Source of the DNA: Chiloscyllium plagiosum
Lineage: Eukaryota
Direction of reading: 5' to 3'
Assembly (NCBI RefSeq): GCF_004010195.1
Contig: NC_057718.1
Span: 74,655,403 to 74,719,402 of the forward strand
Length of the DNA: 64,000 bases
Made by a program: the position numbers and the translations under genes. Shown piece after piece: positions 48,433-60,600 of the stretch. Position 1 is the first letter of the stretch. Each line of letters starts with the position of its first letter. The notes beneath the pieces are model-generated. The model ran no database searches, was not told the origin of the DNA, and was given only the letters and a program-made list of their open reading frames with translations.

Positions 48433-48456
48433 TACAGGGACTTCAGGGACACAACA
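48410..48456. repeat. Perfect 23-bp inverted repeat with a 1-nt spacer
   Basis: tgttgtgtccctgaagtccctgt-t-acagggacttcagggacacaaca. Confidence 0.97.
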
Positions 48457-48949
48457 GCCTGCAAACAACTAAAACTAGAGATGTATGGTGTTGTGATGGG
48501 CGTGCCAAAATACCCTTCTGTTCTGTAATGATGAACATAATACAATGTATATCGAGCTCTAATGCTGTTTTTAATCAGAATATGCAAGGAATGGGTCAGG
48601 GTCTGGGGAGAGTTAACCATCTTTCCTCCATTGCAATGAAAGGTCAAAGAGTATCAGATACTTTGCAATGTTGGTTCTTGTAAGTTAGGCCTCTGCTGTC
48701 TGGTGGATTTTCCAATATTACCTTGTAGCGCTTCTTGGGGACATGAGGGGAGATCACGACCCCCAAGGAATCTGCCGCAGGGGAAGATATGGAATCTAAA
48801 AGGGTTTTCTAGCAACTGCGTGAAAGAAGGGAGCAGGTCGCAGGCATGTGTCATACAGAGATGTGATCTGAACTGCTCCCGATCCCATACCAGGATCACT
48901 GGCAATTCTCATGTGACACACCAAGTTTGTCAACACTGGTACCTGGAGT

Positions 48950-50350
48950 CTTAGGTTTGGCTTTTAGAGAAGCCTCAAGTGCCGGAGAGTATGGCACAAA
49001 AAACAGCTTCCCCTCTGTTACAAGAATAAAGCAACTAAGACAATCAGTTCACCCCAATATGTTTTTGCATCTGGCCTATCAAAGTGCCCATATGGCGGGA
49101 AAAGAAACTGAATGTTGGGTATGTGCCATATGCTGATCCATTCAAAGGGGGGGTATCCCTTTGTGGCCCGTATCCTTTAACTGACCTGAAGTTGCCAAAT
49201 GGCTAATATGCCAAAAATCTTCAGGTGAACCCGATAATGCTGAGGTTGTGCAGGAGTGGAAGTCAGCACAGTATAATCTGGCCCAATTCCGAGATTGGTG
49301 CCAACCCGACTATAACAGATCCCATATGCCCATTTTCCTTGTAGTCTTTAACGACCGTCCTCAACAATCTTTAACAATGTTAGTGACACCATTTGTTTCA
49401 CACGACATGGCACTGTCTCTACTGGCACTTATATGGGATCTAGTCAATGGTCTTTTATTACCCCGAGATTGAAGCTATCCAAAGTTTTACGAGCCAAGGT
49501 CACTTTTTGTTTAATGGTGTAGTGTCCTTAATAAGACGTCAGGCTGTCTGTAGAAACACCTGGGTCCCAAGTTGTGAAGGGGCAGGGTGTCAAGTTAACC
49601 TCCCACAACAGCACCTATTTTATTTGCAGTCTTAAAACCTATCCTTGGCTTCCCTCAGATTGGAGAGGGTCATATATATGGGATATGTAGTACCTCACTT
49701 TAGAGTTTTGGGTGGTTTACCTTCACCCTTGAAGCCCAAGAGATCCCTCACGAAACTCCTCACCTGCATTGGAATGTCTTCTCCTTTTATTGGAATTTGT
49801 CTGCATTCCCAAGAATTAAGCAAATTACAAATAGTATTGTAAACTGTCATCAATGATACTGCTGAGGCACTGACTGAGATTAGTGCTGAGCAAGTTGCAG
49901 TTAGAAGTGGCCCTTCAGAACCGCTTGGCCTTGGATTTTCTATTATCCAAGGAGAGTGGCACTTGTGCTGTTTTTGGGCAGGAATGTTATACTTACACAC
50001 CAGACAACTTTAAAAATGTCTCCGATTTGGTGACTCACATTCGCACAGAAGTCAAGAAATTGATCTCCCCTTTTAATTCCGGGTGGTCCTTTGACGTCAC
50101 CTCACTGGCAAGTGAAGATCCCCCTTAGTCATTGAGCTCATCAACTTTACTGTCATACTTCTGTTACTTTGTATCATTTGGAGAACTACAGGCTGTTATT
50201 TTGCACAGTTTGTTCCTACCACATTTTCCATTCCAAAACCGGTGGTCATCTACCTGACTGTACCCTATGATGACACTTATGATAAACAGGCATATATACC
50301 TATGTGCCCTTTTCCAGAAAGATACGCCTTTTTTTTTAGATCAGCCAGTA
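48950..50350 (+). pseudogene. env: ERV-B env (gamma-type)
   Basis: NMFLHLAY...TECWVC; KPKRS cleavage site; LQNRLALDFLL ISD at about 49913; CAVFGQECY (decayed CX6CC); hydrophobic TM. Confidence 0.88.
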
Positions 50351-50394
50351 TCCTAAACTTAGGTGTTGGTCTGGAAGATCAACAAGGAGGGAAT

Positions 50395-50840
50395 TGTGGA
50401 AGTAGTAGGAACTTAGTAGGCTGCTGCATGATGGAATACTTGACCAAGGTAAACAGTATCTTGACTCTCAGACTCACAGCTTTAGTGGAAGAATACTACT
50501 AGAGATAAAGACTGAGGTTGTGTAATTATAGTTTGACAAAATACAGGGACGGTATCTTAAGCTCATGAGGGGAAGTGCATCTTTAGCTTGTTAGTTTCTC
50601 TGTCCTTGAGTAACATCGAAGAACAAAGGTGATAGCTGCACTGTGCTTCTCTTTATCTTGAATTATTGTAAAGTGTAGAATGTAAACAAAGTTGTTTGTA
50701 CCATAGTAAAAGTATAGGCTGACTATTCAGCTCGAGAGAGTGCTGTGAGACAGTGATGACTCTGTAAAATATGTAAAATAAAGCTTCCAGAACAAGACTC
50801 AAAGTCTTACACTAAGTAATTTTCTTGACAGATTACAACA
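50395..50840 (+). repeat. ERV-B 3' LTR
   Basis: Starts tgtggaagtagtagg after the PPT; matches 34404-34822; ends at 50837 or 50840. Confidence 0.85.
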
Positions 50841-51129
50841 TCTCTAAAATAAGTCCAGACTATTCCCAAAATCTTTATACAAAATATTCAAAATTATCTC
50901 ATCTGTGAGTTAGGTGCCTGGCCCTTTAAATAAAAGTGAAGCTTGGTTCTTCCTGTAGTTAAATGCATGATCGTTCACAACAAGTGAATTTGGAATTTAT
51001 GTGATCCCAAAATTTGGGAAAATAGGCATCAGATCAATCAAAAAAGCTCGGTAATATTATGTTAAGTATACCTTCAGTGACATCTGGCTCATGCAATGGA
51101 CAACATGCAGCATCTTTCACAGCACGGTG

Positions 51130-51655
51130 CATCATACAAACAACAGAAGTAATTCTGGGCACCTTATTTAAGGAAGGATGTCACAGCCCTGGAGAAAGTG
51201 CCAAGAGATTTACAAGAAAGATACCAGAAATGTGGTACTTTAGATCTAAGGTCAGATTAGAGAAATTGGGCTCATTGCTCATTAAGCGGTGAAGATTAAG
51301 TGGTGACCCTATTGAGGTGTTCAAAATTATGAACAATTTTGACACGGTAAAGGATATTCTGACTCTACACTAGTATGTCAGTAACTCGGATTCACAATTC
51401 CAAGATTGTCAGCAACAGAGCGAGGAGTGAGAAAAGAAGAAACTTTACTCAGAGAATTGTTAGGATTGGGTATGCATTGCCTGGGAGAGTGGTGGAAGTA
51501 GGTTCAATATGATATTTCAAAACAAAGCTAGATATATATATGGAAGTGGTACATTTAGAGAAATACAGAGATAGGGCTGAACTACAGGACTATCTGGGTA
51601 GCCCTTTTGGAAGCCAGTACAATAGATTGAATGGCCTCCTTCTGTACTGTATTCT
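51130..51655 (+). mobile_element. Degenerate CR1 3' fragment
   Basis: aattctgggcaccttatttaaggaaggatg, RLSGDPIEVFKIM, 3' gaatggcctccttctgtactgt. Confidence 0.8.
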
Positions 51656-52189
51656 GTAAGAAGCTGGTAGTATAGCATGCACTCCAGGTGGATATGTGGT
51701 TCCATAGTGTCATATCCATTGCAATACAAATTAAGAGTTTTGCATCCTAGTGTTTCCATTACCAATCATTCTTACATTGGAATACAAACGTTATTCTATT
51801 TAATACATATCAGTCCATAGCTGTTAATTATGCATAACATACTCAGTATTATTCCTATTGAATCCAGAGGAAGAGTACAATGTGTTTGGTTATGGTTAAA
51901 TGTGAGAGTTTGTAAAGACTTGATTACTTTTAGATTGCTTTGAGTGCTTTTGATCAATCAAAACACTTAGCAAGTTTGATGTATAATTTTCCATGAAGGT
52001 GTTAATTGCTTAGGGAGAGTACTTGAGCGATTTATAAAGCATTACCAGGGGTTAGGTTGTATGTGGAAAGCTTACGAACTGTGCTATGCGGGCACAGACA
52101 GATGAAAAACACATTTTTTTCTTTCACAGCTGACAGGCTGACTTGTTTGCTCTGCAGGCCTATTTTGACACCTGGCTAGATCAGTACTC

Positions 52190-52333
52190 TGAGTCAAAAA
52201 GTGTGGTGCTAGAAAAGTACAGCTGATCAGCAGCATCCGTGGAGCAGGAGAGTCGATGTCCGAGCATAAGCTCTTTATCATCACCATACTTTTCGATTCT
52301 GATCTCCAGCATCGGCAGTCCTCACTTTCTCCT
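52190..52333. mobile_element. Miniature Penelope-derived inverted-terminus insertion
   Basis: gagtcaaaaagtgtggtg / caccatacttttcgattc arms plus a tail of about 34 nt. Confidence 0.7.
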
Positions 52334-53229
52334 AGATGAGTATTCAGTTTCTTCCTGACTATTTTTACATTAAAGATAAAACTCAAATTCACAAATTAAA
52401 CTTCTTTAACTGTTTTCACAAATATGAAAATGTACAGTGCAAGATATGTATCATGTTTTATATCATGCTGGTTTTATGTTTCATTGTATAAAACTAACAG
52501 GCGACGGTATTATGAAATACTACATTTGTCAAGAAAATGTGCTCACTGCTTCCTTGCTGTTAGTAATGTAAGGGAGATTATATCATTTGCAGTAAGAAAT
52601 TTTACTGCTGTTGGAGTTTTAGTTTAGCTCTGATTTTGATTTCCATTATCTTGCCTGTCAGCTCTGAATTCTCTGCCTGCAGGTAATAATTTTCATCCCA
52701 TTTACGATCACAGCTCATTTTCCAATTCCCATTAGTCACTCAACCCCAACAATAGAAATTGATCAATACTCATAGTTGGGCTGCAGTGACAGCATTTTAG
52801 ACACATGCATTAATTTTAGAAAAATAAGCCTTTACTCTCATTATAGGTATACACATACAGCGCATTGTTAATTAACAAACACCTAATAGCATTCAGTGTG
52901 AAATCTTCTGGTATTTCTTATTCACTAAAGTGTATTCCACTTGAAGTTTCTCATCATAATAAAGGATATCTGTCTTGACAAGATTGACTTCCGCATTTCT
53001 ATTATGTGCCAAAAAACAGAAGGTCCCAAGTAAGAATTTTCTACCATCTCAATCAGCTCCCTGATGGGGTTAGCTTTCTAAAGAACAGGAAGGGCTTGGC
53101 TATCATAAGGTTGACTGGACTTTCTTAAACACAGCTGGGTTTTGGTGTGCCAAGATCCTAATGCATCCAGGGCCTTTTCTAAGCCATTTCAATGGACTTC
53201 CATCAGAACACCCAAGACATTCATACACA

Positions 53230-53612
53230 CAATAAGAACATAAGACATAGGAACAGAAATTAGGCCATTCAGCCCATTGAATCTGCTTCGGCATTCCTTC
53301 ATGACTGGTAAGTTTCTCAATCCCATTCTCCTGCTTTTTCCCCATAACACTTGATCCCCTTGATACTTAAGAACCTATGTATCTCAGCCTTAAATATACT
53401 CAATGACCTGGCATCCACAGCCTTCAGTGGCAATGAATTCCATAAATTCACCACTCTCTGGCTGAAGAAGTTTCTCCTTATCTCCGTTCTAAAAGGTGTT
53501 CTCTCTACTCTAAGGGTGTGCCCTTGGTTCCTAGTCTCTCCTACCAATGTAAATAACTTCCCAACATCTACTCTGTCCAGGCCATTCAGTATTCTGCAAG
53601 TTTCAATTAGAA
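53230..53612 (-). mobile_element. CR1 3' end
   Basis: FRTEIRRNFFSQRVVNLWNSLP; tail ataagaacataagacatagg. Confidence 0.9.
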
Positions 53613-54054
53613 TTTTTGATCAGATAGGCACTTAAATATAAAATTTACTTTTAGTTCCTTCCCAACTTGAATTAATTTTGTTATGTTTTTTATATTAGGC
53701 CAAATTCAGCAATCTTCTATTCTCCAGTACGGAGGTTGGATGAGCAATTAAGCTGGTGTTTATGCCACTTTTGAAAATAACTTTAAGAGCTAATTAGCAT
53801 TGGATGGTAAAATAGTGACAGCTGCCCTTTACTCTCTTTGTAGAGAAGAGTAGTATCTGGTACAATCGCATGACCCAGTCTTAAGTGTATATTCCATGGC
53901 ATAACATTGCAACTTATCTCTTGAATTTAGCCATAATGAGGGACACAGAACAATTTAGGGAAATTTCTCTTGTGTTTATTGGCAAATCAGAAGTTTTCAA
54001 CATATTAATTTTCTAATAACCTTGCTTCAGCAACATTTGGCTATCTCAGTGTGG

Positions 54055-54480
54055 AGAACTGAAACAAAAACAGAAATTGTTGGAGAGACTTAGCAGGTCT
54101 GGCAGTAACTGTGGGGAGTAAACAGAGTTAATGTTTCAAGTTTGGTGACTCTTCATCAGAACTAATCTTAGTAATTATCCCTGAGACACTCCACTACATA
54201 CAACCTGCCAACCTAATGAAGACCCATTTATCCCTACTGTCTGCTTCTGTTTGTTAACCAATCATTTATCCCTGCTAACATGTTAGCTTTTCCACGTATA
54301 TCCTTATCTTGTATACTAACTTTTGATGTAATACCTTATCAAACGTACTTCAGAAATCCAAGTACACCATATCTGCAGGTTCCCCATTATCTACCTTGTT
54401 TGTTATTTAGTAAAGCACTTTAATTAATTAGTTAAGTACAATTTACATTTCACAAAACCATGTTGACTCTGCCTGATCTC
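54055..54480 (-). mobile_element. Penelope-like terminus (54055-54165) next to a degenerate CR1 RT fragment
   Basis: Decayed hammerhead agttctgatgaagagt...gaaacattaact; antisense QHGFVK and YLDF.-type CR1 coding. Confidence 0.65.
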
Positions 54481-56499
54481 CTTCCTCTATTCTTAGGATT
54501 CCGCTATCTTCTTCCTGTTGCCATTAAAACAGAGGTCTTATGCTCTTTTTGTGCTGTTTCAATCATGGACTTACAACTTGGTTGTGGGAGGCAGACTCCA
54601 ATAGCAAGAGGAAATTTACGAGTGGGAGAGAGATAAAATGACACAGAAAATTGCATGGAAAAAGCCTAATGAAAAAATACTGAAGCAGGTAATGCTTGGA
54701 AGTCAGCTCTCACCAGAATTTTTCTTAAGTTTATATTTTCTCAACTATTTTCCAATCCATTTTCTACTTCATTCCCTATAATGGTCAGCATGGATGAATT
54801 GGGCTGAATGGCCTGTTTCTGTGCTGTATACCTCAACAACTCTATGTATTTTTGTTGAGTTAATGCTTTTCACGTTGGTTTTCTAACATTATGTAGCATT
54901 TTACTATCATACAAACCACTGGCTATAAAAACTACAACTGGCACAGACTTATCTTTTACTGTCACCACCTTTTTAGTTGCATAAAGGCTTTCACTTATTT
55001 TCTACTTCTGAAAGGTTGGCACATAAGACATTAACCTATCCTGGCTATATTTGACAAGGCAGAAGTCCTTAATGGGCCGAAGGCCATGACTAAGGTACTG
55101 TGTTGGTGGTAGAAAGGTAATTAAGTGTTCAGAATGATGCAATGGAGTCAAGGGAGCAATTCTGTTGAAGGCTTGACTGCAGCAAGAGCATTGAAACAGC
55201 ATTGTGATAGCTGAAGTTGAAAAGCACTGTCCAGTAAAAGGCCAGCTGCAAGTTGCACGAAGGTAGGTCATCAGTTGAATTAATGCATTCACTGAAGTTC
55301 CTTGTCCCTTTTTTCCAAACGATTTAAGCTTATTGTTTTGCACAGCACCTAATTTATTTTCCAGTTGATTCAAACAGAAAGTGAAATTGGATGGAGCATA
55401 TTCTATTACCGTGATGCTGGGTAACTTTTGCAAAGTAGACAAAACAGGAATATTTCACAGACCTGTTATTATAATTTGCTGCAACATTAATAGTAAAGAA
55501 AAAAAATTACAGAATAGCTTGGACACATTTTACAATATACCTTGGCATTCTATTGAAAGTTTAGTTTCAACATCCCATTAATGTATAGAATTAAAATAGG
55601 TCTTTGAGAGTGATGGAAGTGCTCATAAAACTACAAATGCTTTTTTGGGATTTTTTTAAGCTACCTGTCCATTAAACATGTTTTTGACATTCCAGTCAGT
55701 ATCTCTACAGTATCATTATTAAAATAACTTGACATCATTGAATTTTCTGAAGTCATAGTGGACAAAACATTGGGCAGAATTTTATAGGCTATGGCAAGGT
55801 GTGAATGACATGGGCTATGGCAAGGTGTGAAGAAGAACTGAGCAACAAGTGTGGTCAACGTCAAGATCAATTAGTGCCACCTTTTATGCTTTTCATGACC
55901 AGCAAGACCCTTGCTAGGTATCAACAGGTTGTCAATTGACAATGATTGCTGCTTGTTAAATGACTTATTAATAACCTAACTCACCTAATCAATACTGACC
56001 TTCCATCTTATCAAACTCATCAACAATTTTTGACATTGGAAAATTTGCTGACAAAATCAGAGCGGCATCTTGTGTATTCTGCCATTTGATTCAGCCTGCC
56101 GTTTGAACAGAACGACTTACATGTTGGACACCAGACATCAATATCACAGGGCACACTCGATGGGCACCAGCCACATATACCTCTCATTGACAATACTGGC
56201 ATCTGAGATCTACCAATCTCTAACAACCCCACTGCACTTCAGTGCTATACCTCAGGCTGCTCTGGCAACTATTATTGTAATTCTGCAGCAAGGATACATT
56301 CTTTTATGGACATACACCCTGCTCATGAACTGGGAAATGTTGCAGCTCAGTTTCTTTGCTTGCTTTCAGAATATTCACTCACTTCTCGCCTACTGCAGGT
56401 CCACTACATCACTTGCATTGCCGCGTCATTTAGCGCAGGATCTCAGTTGTCAGCAGATCTCAGTTAGGAAGATAATGTTCATTCAGAAGTTTGCAGCAA

Positions 56500-57150
56500 G
56501 GTAAGTCAAGGATAGCCTTTAATGCTAGTCCAAGCCTTACCCAACATGGTCAGAGTCAGGATCCTCTCCTCATAAAGGGTAAGGAGCCAACTGACAGGCA
56601 ACACTCCACCCATTTTGACTCTTTCTACTCTATTATAGGTTGTTTTCCTCATTAAATAAGAGAAAAGCAGGTGTTGAGGGAAATGAAAGTGGATGGTACG
56701 GCTACTAGTGTTGGTGCAGTAGGATATTGTCCTGAGCGAGAGAGTAGGCTGTGCAGAGGGCATACAGAATTAGAGTAGTTAGGGATTGGGGTGTGTGAGA
56801 GCAAGTGGGGAACATGTTGTTAGCATGAGTGAGAGTGGTAGAGCATGAGACTTGATAAAGTTGGATACAGTAACAGTATGAACTATCCGAGAGAAGATGG
56901 TGGAATACACTCTAGCAGAGTAGAGATGGGCATTGACTGTCTTCTTACAGTGCTGCACATTCATCCAGGTAGCTGAGAATGCTTTAATCTGGGTAGCAAC
57001 CTCAGGCCAGGCTGACATGGTCTGGTGTCACTGACTTCACTTTTGGTCCTGGGAAAGGAGGAAATCCTGTGCTGGCACCATCCAATCCAACAGGACTTCC
57101 AGGATCCTGCCTGCAAAGCAGGGTATCGATTTTTCCATGTCTGCCATTTT
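56500..57150 (-). pseudogene. Harbinger Myb/SANT-like (NAIF1-type) DNA-binding gene remnant
   Basis: AWPEVATQIKAFSATWMNVQHCKKTVNAHLYSAR and, after an intron-like gap, KTTYNRVERVKMGGVLP...LTLYEERIL. Confidence 0.7.
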
Positions 57151-58183
57151 CAGCAACCTGCAGGGCATATCCAAAAAGACAGTATTTGTTTGGGTTCATA
57201 ATGTGGTTTTAAAATTGTGTAAGATCAAGGGATGCCGATGATTTCTGGAATATCAGCTGAGCAGTTCTGGGAATGGCCCATGGTAAAATGGGATGGAAAT
57301 CGTACATGAGAGACACTGTAGGAGTCAGTAGGTAATTCTTGAGGCACATTTGGTAAGACAGAGTCAGAGAACTCATTGGCTTTGTAGCAGAGAGAATACA
57401 GAACTAGTGACCAACATTGTGAAAGCGGAAAACTGTTCAGATGCATTGGATACAATTTATTACTCAAGTGTTTCTTTGCATTTAACAATGTTGAGATGTA
57501 GATTGGATTGTGTAAACTGCCCCCTGTGATTTGCTCTCTTCATTGTTTGGCAGCATACACATCTGTTCACTGTTTTAAAGCTGGAACTGATGGTTGAGCT
57601 CTTTGATTGAGAGCTGGGACACCTGTTCTATTACGTCAAAACTTCAACAAATTAGTAAGATTTTTGAATGGTTTGGAACATCTACAAAAGATTTATCATA
57701 TTCAGTTTTTGAGGTATTGTCGACATAGTTATGGAACAAAATCTCATTGAGAAAACTTGGCTGAGTTCCAGACCTATGAATCAATTGAGCTCAGCAGCGG
57801 CTGTTGGTGGAGTAATTCAGTGAATATTAATTAGAAATGCTTGGCCAAGCTCCAAACCGTATTAATAGATTGAACTCAGCAGGAACCACGGAAACAGTTG
57901 TCAATAGAACTGTGGGTGAAATCTGTTATTTTGGCTACATTTGAGTTGTTCATATTTTTAGGGGCATTTTCACCATGAGGCCTCCTGAGATTGTTTGTCC
58001 TGTCTTACCAAACTCATCTCATTACTTACCATCATTCATGTCTAATTTCAACCTCATCTCATAAGTGTTGTTTCCTCAACAATCGCTACTCAGCAAAGAG
58101 TGGCCCAAAGTGTCACAGTGCACTTGGAAAAGCACTAACATTCCAAAGCTGCTCTGCTCATGGATGGAGAGAATAAAGTCATG

Positions 58184-58316
58184 TTCTGGATTAGTGGTGC
58201 TAATTGCCCGAAACGTCGATTTTACTGCTCCTCGGATGCTGTCTGAACTGCTGTGCTCACCCAGCACCACTAATCCAGGATCTGGTTTCCAGCATCTGAA
58301 GTCATTGTTTTTACTT
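58184..58316 (+). mobile_element. Miniature Penelope-derived insertion with a 14-bp TSD
   Basis: TSD agaataaagtcatg at 58170-58183 and 58317-58330; short inverted arm ttctggattagtggtgct versus agcaccactaatccagga; 36-nt tail. Confidence 0.85.
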
Positions 58317-58327
58317 AGAATAAAGTC

Positions 58328-58960
58328 ATGGTTGAGAAGAGGAGGATAGCACCAATTTTCTCCAACAAGGACCTGGAGGCCCTGGTGGATAGCGTAGTGA
58401 AAGGAGAGCAGTCCACTTCCCAGAGTACTGGCATAAGTGGCCCTGCCACTAGACCCTGCCAGCCTGGACTGAGGATGTCTGCCAAATTAGTTACCTCCAA
58501 GGCACAGAGGAACAGGTAGTAATGTGGAAAGAAAGTCAATGATAGCCAGGTTTTCTACTTTGCAAGGATAAATACCACACTCCTCTCTCTGCCACCTCTC
58601 AATCTAGGAGTGCCACTGCACAGACCTTCCACCAAGGCTCATGCTCCATCATTTACACTGTTGACTATGACACATCCCTCACTTGCTCTTTTCTCTCAAC
58701 CTCCCTGCATACCCTTCATGCTGCCTCTTCAGTCCTTCAGATAACCTCATCACCGTTTCCTGACAATGTACCAGTGTAAAAGCCATATCACCCACTGCCA
58801 TCTCACTCACTTACCTACCTTTTTCATTACAGGAGAAGGCAACCCATAATAGAATAGAAAGAGCGTAAGAGTGGGTGGGGAAGTTGAATGCTCAACATCA
58901 TGCCATCACACTTACATGTAGATTATCTTGAACCTCAGAGAAGAATACCAGGACCACTCC
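58328..58960 (+). pseudogene. Second Harbinger Myb/SANT-like gene remnant
   Basis: MVEKRRIAPIFSNKDLEALVDSV ... CGKKVND; acceptor ttttcattacag then EKATHNRIERA. Confidence 0.72.
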
Positions 58961-59849
58961 TCAGGGGATACCAAGACATTCATCACCTGACAAATTAATA
59001 ATTACCCTCTGCATGCCACTGCCACTCTCCCATTAACTCCACAATCACTTTGAATCATCGCATAGAGCTTTGCAGTCATTGGTCAAGACACCTTACTATC
59101 CTTTGTCTTCAGATTCTGCAAACCTCTAATGGTGTCTGCAGAGCAGCAAGTGACTGCAGAAAAATAGCCCTCCTGGACCTCTAAGAACGGAAGTACTGAG
59201 GTAGCATTGGCAAGGCAGCCTCTTGCACCCCATCTCCAGTCCAATTACAGACACATTGATGGGAACCATAGCATAGAAAGTGTGTATTCACAATCTGGTG
59301 AGAACCTCATTGCAAGATTTCCGCTGCTGGCACAGGAAAAACCTATCCAGACAGCTGGTACTTGGAGGACTACCTGTGATCAGCCGCTTGCTCAGCCCAG
59401 CCCTGTGGTGTCAGCAATAAGAAACTTCATTCCAATGCAGCAGAATACCATACAGGATGCAATGGTTGTCCTTGCTCAGAAACTACATCACAGTAGTAAG
59501 GCAAAGCAACTGTACGTCTGGCCCCATGGACAAAATGACTTCGGCCACGAAGAACTAAGTCTAGGATGGCTGTTGGAGAGGTGCAAATGCTTGCTCTCCA
59601 TTCATTTAGCCACTGCTCTCCAGGACTGAAGGCATGGCAACAGAGGACAGGAAATCTTGACACTAGTCCAGGTGCTCACCCTCACAAAGAGGCAAGACAG
59701 TGTTAGGAAGTACCAACTGGACGAAAAACCACACTTATGCCTCCCTGGCAGTTTCCACTTGAGACATTGCAGATTTACTTGGGCTCTTCTCTGACTAGTC
59801 CTTTTCCTTCTCCCTAACTGCATTTGTTGTACTCCCCAGATTTGCTTCT

Positions 59850-60600
59850 GCGGAGCTGGTGGACTGACTGTGGCTCACTCTTTGGAATACAGGATACAGG
59901 CCTGCTGACCAAAATCCCCAAATAGACGGCTAACTCTTATGAAAGGCAGCCTTGACTTATTGTGCCTGACTCACAGGTGCCTCCATAGACTTCATTAAGG
60001 ATGATCTTCATGTTAGATACATGGCTTCCTGCTTGCTGCATATGCTATATGTCTGTCACATTAGATACTGGAGATTGATGTAGTATTCTGCTGTATAGCA
60101 ACATGTGCAACTCCTAGGTTGAGGATTGTTTAGTAGCTAGGCAAGCTTTCTGGTTGTGAGACAGCACCAATTAGCACACCAAGGGTAAGGCAGGGCAAGG
60201 AACAGAAGGGTGCTTGCGAACAAGTAGGCAAGCACTAAGTTAATAAATGCTAAAACAGCCGTCAGATGCAGTCTTGTCTACTCTATAAGATGGTGACTGT
60301 CCCTAAACACAAAGTCTTCCTATGCAAATTGCTGGGATACCTGGCAATGCATTCCATAATGCAATGCCAGAGCAAAGTGAAAACGCTACAATTGTTGCAA
60401 TGGATCAACAGATAGCGAGTGCAAATGTCCATGTATTTGGTTGGTGCCCTGAGATGGAAGTAGTTTACAGCAAGTGGCAAGTTGAACCAACCTTGTAGAT
60501 GCTCTGGCTTCCTTGTTGAGTTTTCCTGATGTAAAGTTTGTTTCGCGAGTTTGGGAAGATTTGTAATCTGAATATTTATGAGGCAGATTGTGGCATTTAA
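59850..60600 (-). pseudogene. Probable Harbinger transposase remnant, convergent with the Myb gene
   Basis: FHLRAP and CIARYPSNLH (compare ARYPGS.HD); highly decayed. Confidence 0.45.

Larger units (their letters stand above)
34404..50840 (+). mobile_element. ERV-B: internally deleted class I endogenous retrovirus hosting ERV-A
   Basis: Direct-repeat LTRs, PPT aacaaggagggaat, gag zinc knuckle, protease, RT stub, gamma-type env; the internal sequence reads through across the ERV-A TSD. Exact 3' end and TSD are ambiguous. Confidence 0.85.

Noticed and set aside
55002-55581. 146-aa and 66-aa ORFs in unique sequence
   Set aside because: No recognisable domain or convincing splice structure. The region might be conserved non-coding DNA, but that cannot be shown here.
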